This document shows positions 1 to 11,600 of a stretch of DNA of 64,000 bases, in pieces. The DNA lies in assembly GCA_000934665.2 (NCBI GenBank), contig KZ538903.1:1-64000 (forward strand), in the 5' to 3' direction. Every line of letters starts with the position of its first letter. Position 1 is the first letter of the stretch. The notes beneath the pieces are model-generated. The model did no database searches, was not told the origin of the DNA, and worked only from the letters and a program-made list of their open reading frames with translations. The translations under genes and the position numbers were made by a program. The DNA is from Catajapyx aquilonaris. Its lineage: Eukaryota.

Positions 1-279
1 ATTACCATTGAACCCATCCAACACAACACTTAAGCTATCCCAGAACCTCTCCTTATCCTCATCCGAAGATGAGTCAACTGGTGCATACACAGCCACAGCC
101 ACAATCCTAGTCTTAACCACCTTCAGACTCACCCACATTATTCTCTCACTAACCTGACTATATCCTTTCACACAGTGCACCAGCTTAGGACTAATAAGTA
201 TACCCACACCTGCACAAGCCCTCTCCCTTTCATCTACACCAGACCAGAAACCTGTTAGCCCATTGAAATCACCCACTGA
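1..279 (-). mobile_element. Non-LTR retrotransposon (RTE-clade LINE) fragment, apurinic-type endonuclease domain; continues off the left edge of the window
   Basis: Manual translation of the minus strand gives an open frame: SVGDFNGLTGFWSGVDERERACAGVGILISPKLVHCVKGYSQVSERIMWVSLKVVKTRIVAVAVYAPVDSSSDEDKERFWDSLSVVLDGFNGN. The motifs WSGV..RA.AGVGI, SERIM, VYAP and E.KE.FW are typical of RTE/BovB-like endonucleases. This frame is absent from the supplied ORF track. Confidence 0.88.
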
Positions 280-705
280 ATAAAACAATAGAAAACCTAT
301 TGTAAATTTTAGGGGCGGTAGCCCGTAAGTAAGACCGTACAACAATTTTCAACAATGAATTTTTCCAACATCTTATACTTCTTGTTACGCTTATTTTATT
401 CGCCCTAACTCAAATTAAGCTGCATGTAGAGCTTCCAAATTTTGAACACAGATCCCCACCGTCGTGAAGTGCGTTCCTACCATTTTCAGCTACACTCAGT
501 TCCTCTTCAAAACGCCGCAAAAAAATTTAAAACCACTAAAAAATACGTATCTATTTTTTTGCTCAATAACTATTCGGAATTTGGTTTCTTCATCAAAGGG
601 CCGAATGCGCAGTAGGATGGTGCGGATCTATGTGCAAAACCTCACAGTTCCATCTACTACAGGATTGAAGTTATGATTTATTCACCATTTTTCCCCCTTC
701 AAATA
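280..705. mobile_element. Decayed non-autonomous DNA-transposon-like segment with an internal inverted repeat
   Basis: 440-476 (ttttgaacacagatccccaccgtcgtgaagtgcgttc) is an imperfect reverse complement of 603-639 (gaatgcgcagtaggatggtgcggatctatgtgcaaaa). It abuts the LINE fragment. Termini are not identified, so the boundaries are approximate. Confidence 0.35.
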
Positions 706-819
706 CTTCATTTTGTTCATGATTCCATCACCTAGCAATGTCAATTCTTATTTACACCTCGCCATATTGTTAGCGAAATGTTACCCCGCTGCTCTGGGGT
801 GAACGGATTGTACTTATTA

Positions 820-1612
820 CAGTTGCATCCGGATATAACAGCCTCGGCTATAACGTATAACTATACCGACTCAGGGAGATGAAGTGGCGTCGCGGTAACG
901 CGTGCGCCCACGGATATGAAGGTCCCGGGTTCAATCCCCACCCGGGATTCCCACCTTTATCCGTGCAGAGTTGGGCCATCTCTGGCTTCATTTCGGGTGG
1001 AAATTTCCTAAAGACTAATCCAGCCGGGGGAGTTCACAAAATGACCAATTAACGACAGCGCACATGCACTTTGCACATCCCCTCCTACCAACCCTTGGAG
1101 TAATTCATAAGATTCTCTTACACGTTCCAAAAAACAAATACCAATGGTGGTAATCCACCACCCCCTATAGACCCAACAGGTCATCACGGGGTAATATTTT
1201 TTTAAAAAAAACTATACCAACTTTTGCTTATAAAGGCCGGCCCCGGCATGCTTCGTCCATAAGGCCCTGTGTATTTCACTCCTGATTAACGGACTCATTT
1301 TCACCTCACCTCGGATATAACAGACCAATGCTTGGCCCTCGGTGGGAAAATATAGTTTTTCATGTACAAAATTTGCACAAAGGAGACGGCAGAAGAAAAT
1401 TTCGGATATTTTGGTCCTTCATCATTTTCGGGCGAGCTAATATTACATTTTTGACAGATTTCATTAATCAGTATGTAGTCTAGTAGTGCATATTGCAGCC
1501 ATATTGAAAGCAGAAATCTTTTTTCATTGCGGGACGAATTGGCTATAACAGACCTCGGTTATAACAGACTTTTTCCGCAGTCTCTTGAAGTTTGTTTTAT
1601 CTGGATCGTTGA
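820..1612. mobile_element. Tc1/pogo(Tigger)-like MITE, same family as 23772-23870, interrupted by a SINE
   Basis: Starts TA|CAGTTGCATCCGGATATAACAGCCTCGGCTATAAC, nearly identical to the reverse-complemented right end of the 23.8-kb MITE. The segment at about 1540-1612 (cagactttttccgcagtctcttgaagtttgttttatctggat) matches the reverse complement of that MITE's left end. GGCTATAAC/GGATATAAC subterminal motifs recur. The right terminus is degenerate. Confidence 0.7.
872..1209 (+). mobile_element. tRNA-derived SINE (head type A)
   Basis: Pol III A-box-like TGGCGTCGCGG and B-box GGTTCAATCCC, with a T/A-rich tail. Flanked by a 13-bp TSD, aactataccgact (859-871) and aactataccaact (1210-1222), with 1 mismatch. 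Confidence 0.85.
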
Positions 1613-1841
1613 CCCCTTCGCTACCTGCTATATCGCCATTGCCATCACCATCGCCATCGCCAGGTATTACCGGCCAACTCTTAAGCTGATTTAATTATTA
1701 AATTATGCTACAGTATATATGCGGAATATCTACCTTGAGGAACGTGCCAGCTGAACTGTCTTCAGAGTACGTGTAAGCGACAACCTAGGCGATGGCGGTA
1801 TAATTATCTGGTATTGCAAAGGGGTTTTAAAACAGAACTGA

Positions 1842-2629
1842 AATAAGAGCAAAAACATTCCCTCCAGTGAAAAAAAGGGTAGTAAGACGTCCGTGGCGGA
1901 ATGAAAGTACTGAAAAAAGGCAGGCGCACGTAAGACCTTCACAAATTGATTTAAGCTGTACCATAGGTCTTACTCAAGAAATTCTCAAGTACTGCATGGA
2001 ACGGCTCGTAAAAATTACTGCTACAAACTACTCAGAGCAGTATGTAGGCTTTTATTTTGAAAACAAAAAAAACGGGAAAAAACTAAACCCATCCTAACAG
2101 ACTTGGTCCAATCGAAAAAGACCCTCTAAAATTAACCAATTAACGTTTATATGCGAAAAATTAAACATTAGGTTAAGATCAGCATCTAAAAGAGGACTGT
2201 GACGATTCTGCATTATGAATGTTTCATGGCAATAATTCGCACCAATCGTATAGAAATTCAATGTGCTTAATATTGAAGTTCCTAATTTCAGAAAACGCTT
2301 ATATGGAGTGGCTCATGGAAAATTAATGGGTGGAATTTTCGTTGTACTACTTGTAACTATAGTTACTGGTAATTTAGCAATACCATAGCACTACACTGGT
2401 ACTGCTAAGTTAGAAGTAACTACTAGTAGTATAACGAAAATTCCACAAATTGTTTTCAGAAAGGAGACTTCATGAGCAGTAAATTGGAAATTGCTTGAGT
2501 AAGACCTATGGCACAGCTTAAATCAATTGGTGAAGGTCTTACGTGCGCCTGCCTTGTTTCAGTACTTTCATTCCGCCACGGAGGTCTTACTGCTCTATTT
2601 TCACTGAAGGGAATGTTTTTGCTCTTATT
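1842..2629. repeat. Long inverted repeat (arms about 1842-1998 and 2471-2629): a fold-back element or two inverted copies of one repeat
   Basis: The arms of about 157 bp are highly similar reverse complements (aataagagcaaaaacattccctccagtgaaaa...ggtcttactcaag versus cttgagtaagacc...ttttcactgaagggaatgtttttgctcttatt). This explains the near-identical peptides in ORFs 1867..2097(+) and 2456..2698(-). Confidence 0.88.
2328..2446. mobile_element. Small hairpin MITE (possibly PIF/Harbinger-like GGGT.GAATTT termini), same family as 45234-45340
   Basis: Inverted ends GTGGAATTTTCGTTGTACTACT and AGTAGTATAACGAAAATTCCAC. The internal cactggtactgctaagttag is the exact reverse complement of ctaacttagcagtaccagtg in the 45.2-kb copy. 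The superfamily assignment is inference. Confidence 0.7.
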
Positions 2630-3084
2630 ATTTTTAAAAGATGCATGCGCTATAGGAAAAACTGGACTCAAAGTAAGAGAGCAAGTTATGACTTTCACAT
2701 TTTATAACTTAACAAACTGTAAGGAAATAATATTCTATAGTGATGCCATTCACAACTGTCCCACTCACCAAGCAACGTTTTCCGATAGTATTGACAGCGT
2801 CAGGACTGTGATCATCGTCACGTACTGTACATAGTGTGAAGCACTGCTACAGTACACTGTATTTGAGTCACGTGCAAAATTTTGTGGCATGCTCCTGGCA
2901 ACTACGCCAAATAAACTCTTTATTTTGTTATAAAATATAACTTCTCGAAATTCATCTCCCATATTCTAATTCCAAGATGCGACCCTTTTAGATGAGGTTT
3001 CAAATCCCTTCACATCCTTCCAAAAAATTAGTTGCTACTGCGATACACCACCGAAAGGGAACATAGAGCGCTGCGTTAATATTA

Positions 3085-3473
3085 TAGGGTGTGGTCACGA
3101 ATTCGTCTGCCAAAATGATACGGGTGTGGTAGATGGTGAGCATGGAAGAAGCATTGCATGGGCCCGAAAGGCCGGCGACGACGTTAACGTCGACGGTGTT
3201 CATCCTGACATGTACCCCCGTGCATTCCTGCATCGCTGGTTGCCGGGGTCAGGCAATGGTGTAGGAGTGCGAGCGCCTGGACCCGGCAACCAGCAGTGCA
3301 GGCATGTACGGGGGTTTTCATACTTGTCAGGATGGACATCGTCGATGTCAACCGTCGAAATCTCCATATAGATCGTCGCCGACCTTTCGGACAATTGGAC
3401 CCATGCCATGCTTCTTCGATACGCACCCCCTACCACCCATATCATTTTGGCAGACGAATTCGTGACCACCCTG
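3085..3473. mobile_element. Fold-back (almost fully palindromic) Tc1/mariner-type MITE
   Basis: TA on both sides. The ends TAGGGTGTGGTCACGAATTCGTCTGCCAAAATGATA and TATCATTTTGGCAGACGAATTCGTGACCACCCTG pair, and pairing continues inward (e.g. gctggttgccggg / cccggcaaccagc) to a loop near 3255-3275. Confidence 0.88.
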
Positions 3474-5652
3474 TATATTATAGTCGACATGCCTTGAACG
3501 GAATCGCTGCACTTGATTTTAGTACATTAATTAGCCTAGCCCTACTGTATATGAGGTCACCTTGGCAATAATTTGAGGCAAGATATTAGCCATGACATTT
3601 CATCACATTTTTTCTACCTAATCACGATCTACAGCCAAAGAGTGCTCTATATGAAGCAACTCCCTGTGTCAGATTCGTAGTACTGTGCAATCGTCGCCAT
3701 ACAAATGAAATCTAACGTTTCAAGATAATCGAAGGCAAAGATTTGACCTTGCACTTGTGCACATTCTTGTAAAGACAGAAAATCAAACCTTTTTGGCTCA
3801 TTATGAATCTTTGGAACTAAATGGACTTCACCAGGCGTTAGAGCAGGAATAAATGCTTATTATAGTTGTGTAAATAATTCAAAACTTCCATAATAAATTG
3901 GTCTTAGTGGATTACTCCTGCCCACAAAATGACATCGCGCTTCCCTCCAGCAAGGCAAAAATGGACAGGCCCGATGCTTATTCAAAACTACTGCAACATC
4001 ATGTCTGGGTTTCAAATCCGTGGCGCCACCCGTAGTAGCCAACCCCAGCTTTGATTGTATTAATTCCGCATTGGTTCCAGATATAAGAGGTGGTACTGTA
4101 AAACGCCCACAATCGCATTTGCGAGAGAAATCGTGTTCAATTGCCTTTTCATTTGTTAGTGAAAATGAGCAGAAACCACAAAATCCATATTTAATAGATC
4201 CAGGCTGCCTGGCGCCTTTCATCTTCCCCCATCCCCCAACCCCCAATCCCAACGCCCTCCCCCCCCCTTTCCCTCACCACGGTCGCATTTGCATAAGAAA
4301 GTAGTTCCGTTGTGAGTCTAATCACGCCTTGAATATTAGTAGCGATTTCGGAAATCAGGTGTAATTTCATGGATTTGGTCTTAATCCCCAACTTTTCCCC
4401 TTGCAAGGCACCCAAGTGAAGCTCCACCTCACGACTGGGGAGTGATTATTTCAAACCCCCTCCCCCACCCGCCCCTCCTTCCCCCACTCCATGGCACACC
4501 GGAGACCCAATTATGCAAAGGAGCACCTTGTAATTTCCGCCAAGTGGAGCCCCCCCCCTCCCCCCACTCGTGTTACTTGGGTGTTGCCCAGCCGCCGGAA
4601 GACTCCCGGATTTGCATTCCCACCCCCGCCTCTCCCTACCCCCCCTCCATCCTTCTCTCTGATGCGACTAGGGGCTCGCAGAAACAACCGTCCCCAACTT
4701 CTTGCCGCGGGAATATAAAATCAATCAGTCGAGGCGAGATGAAGCCGCAATGCCCGAGGTTTGTTCCCTCCGCAGATGACGCCTGTTAGGTCCGCTAATG
4801 AGGGGGGTGTGGGGGAAAGAGAAGTGGGGAGGGGGAGACCAAACTCCCACTTTGGGAAACGCTAGCATAACTCGCACTGTCGACATTTTCTTTCGGTTTT
4901 TTTCCCCCCTTTTTTTCTGGTGCGGTATAACGAGAAACTGCGTTTCCGACATTTCCCACTTTTTTAAAAGGCTGGTAAAGGGTCTGGTTCTAACCTCTTG
5001 TACAATCTCAGGTGTGGTGAGGGGAGGGGAGGGAGGGGGAAAAATTGGGATGTAATGTTAAAGAGATCTAGACCGAGCTCGTGCAGAATCAGATTTGCGG
5101 TTAACAATTTTCAAGGGACAGGGTGGTTTGGAGCTTATCTCATAAGTAGTCACGACCGCATAATAATATCGTCACCAACGTTCGTAATACCCACATTTTG
5201 GTCTTGCTACAGTGGGGTGAGCTCAGTTGTGAGGCTGAAATAAAAGTAATTTACAGTTGGTGCAACTTATTTGACAAGATGAAATATTGACCAGGATCAT
5301 TGTCCTCTTGATATAGGCAAAACTGTCATTTGAGCATTGTTATTTACTGTTGGTAACTATTATAAGTAATAATGAATAACAACTTGTTCGGAGTTTACTG
5401 TCGATCACTCATCCCAGTCTGTGTTACATTTAGGACAAACAGACACAGCTTTGCGTTGAATTGTTCTCACCTGCCCTGAATTAGAATAAATATTTAAAGA
5501 GGAGTTCAAAAGATCGCGCGAAAAGCATTATCGCACATCATTCGCTCGCTAGCGAAGGTAGCTCGTAACGTGAGCCAATGGTGTGTAATTCTCTTCCAAA
5601 AAATGTGGCGATAAGGAGCTTCTCGAGTTTTACTATCCCCTGCTATCATTCA

Positions 5653-5684
5653 CAAGGTCTAGATTAGACGTAATCTAGACCTTG
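5653..5684. mobile_element. 32-bp TIR-only transposon remnant (P-element-like excision footprint or micro-MITE)
   Basis: CAAGGTCTAGATTA-gacg-TAATCTAGACCTTG is a perfect 14-bp inverted repeat. It is flanked by the exact 8-bp direct repeat ATCATTCA at 5645-5652 and 5685-5692. Confidence 0.8.
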
Positions 5685-8600
5685 ATCATTCATACCGCAT
5701 TGAAAATGGTTGTAAGAGTGTTGTACGATACTCTATCCCGTTTTTCAACATTATTCTGGAATGCTGAAAACCCTGATTTGAAGGTTGTGGTTGTGCATTT
5801 TTTTTAACCGCTTAAATTTTCCACAAAGTGCGAAAGTGTATACAAAAAATACATTTTTTTGTTTGGTGTTAGAAAAATTACCTACATTATTCTATATTAT
5901 TGGCGCTAATTTCTTATTTATGCTCTCATGATATTTTATTTGGAGTACGAATGGCTTATAGCCTATTCGTTCTTTCTAAAGATTTTTCTGGCAGTCATAA
6001 TATTGCTTTGGCATGTTCATGTGACATTTCACAAAGTTTGTGTCAGATTAGTACCCAAATAGTGAAACTATTATGGTATGATACATTTTAATCACCTTCT
6101 CCCATCCTTTATCATGCCGTAAATCTTCTCAATATCAAACTCTATAACGCCGGGACGGCAATGATTTACTTGTCAAATGGCCGTACAGTAGCCTATACAG
6201 ATAAGTATCCACGCAAAAAATCTTTAAAAATGCTTTTTCGATCATTCTCTGCGAAGCCATTATACTAGAATACCACTAGAATTCCTGCTAGAAAAATTAC
6301 TTAGGACCTACAACTTAAAGCGCGTGACAGGTTTTCGTGACCTCTTGACTCCCTGCAACCACACCTGTCTCCTGGCATCTACACCTCTGAGACATGCAAC
6401 CTGTCATCTCACGTATACATGATTGTAATCACAAGTAGCGTCGGCAAAACCCTCTCCCAGATTGGAATCCCAAGATGCGAGACCATTAGCTTCGTTCTCC
6501 ACACCCCTCCCCAACTTCGCTAACAAGGCCGGGGCCATTTGTTTCCATGAACTTCCGTTTACTTTACCCGTGCGATAACTGGCGCCGAGGCAAGAATTGA
6601 TCTTATGGACTCGGCGGAAGAGAGGGTGGATGGGAGGTGGAGGAACGGAAGGGTAGTAGAGCGCATAATTTAGTCCGCCGGCTGTCATGTGGTGAAAGAC
6701 GTGACAGCATCACAACAGCCACAGGCATGGTGTAGTTGCGCCGGTGGCGCCTCGCCTGGCCTATCATCAAACTCAGGCTCCTATCCGTTCTGACAGGTTC
6801 TTCCCGTATATACGGGAAGCTAACCGGGGGCCTTCCCCCGGTTCCGCTCTATCAAGAGATTATTAAACTTGCCTCGCAATAGCCAACCTTCTACAAGTAT
6901 TTATGGAGTGGAGCTGCCTTAGAGTAATAAATTGTGGAGGCACCCAGCGATTGCTTTATTTGTGAGCAAGCGCTGCGAGGTAATTGCGCTGCGACTAGGA
7001 CAGGAACTAAGGGAAATGGCAACGACCTGGGAATTTGCACAAAAAAGAGCGTGTTCGAGGGGGCGAATGGGGGAGGAGGAGAAAATGCCGTATCTCCATT
7101 TCTAATAAGGGAAGTTCCCTTAATCTTGAGAGTGATCAGGTAAAAATTACAAAACCTTATCGTCCAAAGGAGATTGACAGACTTTATATTGTCTCAGACT
7201 TTCATCTTGCGCTATGAAGCTCATAAAGTAGATTCTGAATGAGCTTTGTGTCTAGGGTCAAGTTATTTCGTAAAGTACGAGTTCAGAGCAGCGAAGCAGG
7301 AATGGCTTTCTAAAAGCCAAGTCTATATACGCTATAGCTATTAGGTTCTGTTATGCATATTAACACTTATCCCTAACGGTATCATAGTTACAAGTCAGTG
7401 AAAGACGTGCGCTTAATTACTTGAGACTTTGTAGAAAAAGTAAAGGAAAATTTTAAAGAGAAAAATTGTTGCAGAATATTCAGTTATATGCTATTACAAA
7501 AATAATACCGTAGTTAAGTACCATGTGACGACGAGAGCAAAGCCCTGCACACTATATAACAGAAACCTCTCTAAGTGACCCATGACAAAAATACCGTACC
7601 TCGTCCAGAATTCCTGGATTGTTCACATATATACTTGACATTCAGATTGCAAAGTAAATCACCAAGGATATACTGATGTTTGACAGCATCAAGGCAGGTC
7701 AAGAATATTCCACGCACACACCAAAGGAGGAACGTGCAGAAAGTGAATAGGACGAAAGCATGTTGCACAAGCTGCCATGTCGGTAATCCAGGCGCGTGTC
7801 CATCATTCAAACAATCCGAGCTGCAGGAGGCGATACTATAGTGGGCCCGGAGCAATGTACGTACTTGGGGGCCAGAGGAAGTAGACTTCCTGGTAAAAGC
7901 GATAGATAGGGAGGTGGGATTTTAATCACGAATCGGGGCGCCCTCAGCTTCAAAATCCACTTCCTCTGCCCCCAAAAATCCTGGTCCTCTAGGCTTTCGG
8001 ATATCGGCTCAGCCATGATTGTTAGGCACTCTTCTATAGGCTTAGAAAAGGCGACAAGGAGCCCTCTGGTTGGTCGGCCGGTTGTGTCCCCTCTGGATAT
8101 ATCCTCCCCATACCCTCCCTCCTCCCCTTGCTCCGTATCCTGAAATGGAAGGTTGCCGGAACTTTAGGATATCCGGGGCGCCTAGGGGGGTGGGGGTGTA
8201 AAGGGGGGGAGTGGGGGGGGGGGGTTAAAAGAGAGCCGAGGCATCAATGATGGACTCCACGCTCCGCCGGTTTCAATCCAGTGGGTCGAGGTGTGAAAGT
8301 GGACACTTTTCACTGCCAACCGCATCCACAAAAGGGAGGGCTCGCTTAGTGGGGAGATAAACGAGGCGATCTCCACCAGTGACCCCCACCCCCAGGGTCT
8401 CCCTCCACACCCTCCATATCCTCTACCCCCAACCCTCTGTATTTGAAACTGAGCTGCCGAGCACCATTGTTCTGCTGGCCCAGTTCCTTGCCTAACAAGC
8501 GAGGGGGTTCCGGCTTGATTGGGATATCCCTGCTGGACATTACACCCGATGTGAACCACAGGAGACATGCTGGTATTAAAATCCGCACTATCTGCAAATC

Positions 8601-11600
8601 GACTTCCCGAGAGAAAGCCAAACTGATTTTTCCCTTGAGAATATATGTGTCCAATCACGCTGCTATTGGTGCGATATATTTTCAAGCTGCGATGATCATT
8701 AAACAGATGTCCTTGAGATATCTGTACTTATTAATCTCAAAACTTATTTAAATGCTTTAAGTCTTGGAACTATTGCTTTCTGAAAAATATAATTAATTAT
8801 AAACATTGTTCTTGGTCGAGTATTTATGTAGCATCCTTGCATACAGTGTAACCTGTAAAGAGTCATAATGCATAACGTCCTATAGCATATTGGAAATCTG
8901 AGTAATCTTTAGTCGGAACTGGGTAAGACAATAATGAAGAGTGACGGGTATTTCCTTCAAGAGTCAGCCTCAATATTTTTAACCTAAGAGCCGATGACGC
9001 TTGTCACAAGGTTAGTGTCTGTATACGGCGTATGTCAAAATATTTTGCACCTATAAAAATGATTGCTTGCTCTCCTGATTCAAGTGTCGCGTCTACTTGA
9101 GATATCCAGGTATTCTAAGCAAAAGTGACTGCAAATGTCACTTTTCCTTTTTGTCGTTCTATCTAGAAATAAATCATCCACCGGACACAACAGCAGGATG
9201 GGCTATGTTTACATACAAGAGTATCAGTCTTCATTAGGAATAAATATTAACTCCTATAGTACAGTGATATAATATATAACTTACTCCGATAAGATTACAA
9301 ATGAGAAGATTATGGTGCCAAATTTGCTCATATCTACTCTTGTAATGACCATGGCTTGGAGAAATGAGAACACCTTCAGGCACGAGGACATCGAGTGCTG
9401 ACATACCCCTCATTCCAAGATTCCGATATTTCACTTATATGGCGATTAAGCATGCGATAGGTGAGTTCCAGCGCGCTAATTTGAAGGAAACTTTGATGAA
9501 ATTGTTCCCCCACGCAGAGTAAGACACGAACTTCCAAAAACTTGGGTCGGAAACAGAATATTCACCCTTCACAGCACAATCTCGATGTCAATAAAATTGA
9601 CACATGAGGTTGTAAATCACGGTAAGGGGGGGAAATATCGGCTGGCAACCTTCCCTCCTTTCTCGCCCAAAAGGGAAAATTCAAAGATCCGGTTCCGGCC
9701 ATTTTTACTGCTGTCAGAAATGGGTTGAGTGTGTGATAACTCAACTTGGTACCACTTAAACTGCGTCCGTGCATCTCGTATCACACTTGTTAACTGCAAG
9801 TTTCACATTTTCGCAAGTGCAAACCAATTTTTGCTGGAGTCAAATCGTATTTATTACCTTCTGCGTGTGGATTTATGCCATAATGGATCTAGCGTCCATT
9901 GCCTTTTTATTTCGTTTGCCATCCAGTGAAATAAATACAAGGAAACATGGTCCCGGAGCGCAATATTACAGAGAGGTTTGCATGCATAGGAAAGGCGAAG
10001 ATCGACTGTCAAATTGGCAGTGGAAAAGGGCCTTAGGCACAATGTAGCGCTCCACGAAGTTTCTGCCGAGCAAATTGCTTCCACGTGATAACTTCCTGAG
10101 GTACCCGCAGAAACTCTTCATCGTTCTCCCTGCTATAATGGCGTGTAAAGTGAAATGTAAGGATAAGATTCTGGGCAGCTCACAAGTGTAGAGCTCAAGC
10201 CGACCTCAATTGGAGACTTTATTTAAGCGCGGGTAAAATTAGGTTATAAATATTTATTGTAGAATTGTTTCCACGTTTTAAAAACTGCTTTCAAAAACAC
10301 AATAGACTAGATTCTTAATCAGTTCTGCATTGTACCATGTAGAGATCTTGTATTCAGTTTTCTGTTCCAAGCACTTTTCCAGGCCAACCTTTATAAGAAA
10401 TAATGAAAAACAGGATTTAGACCTAGGCCTACCTCTATGATGTTTGGGGGTGATTTTCCAAAATATTTTGTTAGACTAGAACGTTAAAATGTGCATTTTA
10501 AAAAATTACAAACGAGGGGATACAACAAACTCCATTAGCATACAGGTAACTAGAGGTAAATGTATATTTCATTGATACTTATTTTGGAAATACCCACGTT
10601 GCTATCCACCTATCCGTTACTTTTAATCGCTACTAAAAATATCTTAATTTCTGCTCACTGGGAAAAGGCCAACTAAGCAAAATTTCTGTAAGCAAATGCC
10701 TCTTTCTTATTTGCCCAAATGCACAAAATTGCCAGTTACAAAAGTAACAGCAATTAAGTCCAGCTTGGTCAGTGAAACTGAGTGGAATTAGTGTGGTTCT
10801 GAGCGAACATTAAATTAAACGTGGCCGTACACTGCTTAGGTTGTAAAGCTCCATAAGTTACACGTGCGGTGAGAATTCGCAGTTTTCTCTGGCCCCCTCT
10901 TCCTCCTTATTCCTCCCGATATAATTTTATCCACCATTTCCGTCTCTCCTGCGGTCGATGCTCCCGAGGACACTTTCCCCAAATGTCCGTTAAAAAGTCA
11001 TTCCCCGCATTTGTTCTTAATGCACCTTTTTCCTCCCTGTCCCCTTGCCTGGGTCCTTTTTTGGGGCTCCCCTGCAAAGTTAAAATGGATCTGCTCCTTA
11101 TACATCTAGCCAACCCCGCGCAGCCATTTGCGCCCAGGAACACAGCCGCTATACCCGAACATTAAAGGAAAACTAGAGCAATGCGTTTTCGTCCGAGAGA
11201 AAACTTTCATAAGTTTCGATTCGTCTCTGCCAGGAATAAACCGCTCTCCACGAGAGATATTGGGGCAGAAAGTTGCTTGATTGAAATTGATAAGAGAAAT
11301 TGCGGATTACAAACCCAGACGTCCTCGTGGCCACAGACAGGCGGTCGGATTAATGCCTGCCGGATTAATCTCCTCGCCATGCTCTGTCCCTTTCATTTGT
11401 ACCCGTTCGCCGACACGCCAACCATTGTTGGACCTTTTTGTCCCGAATGACCTACAGGTCTACTTCTGAACAGTCGATTTCCGCTGGTGCGCTTACTTTA
11501 AATTTCCAAGGGGAGGCCTCAATGATATGTGCAACGGAAGAGCAACGACAAATCATTATATTGTACAAAAGTGGTGTGGAATGAAGCTCCTGATACAATT

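Noticed and set aside
1633..1662. (TCGCCA)-like hexamer tandem repeat as a coding repeat
   Set aside because: About five degenerate units with no surrounding ORF or splice signals; a simple repeat.
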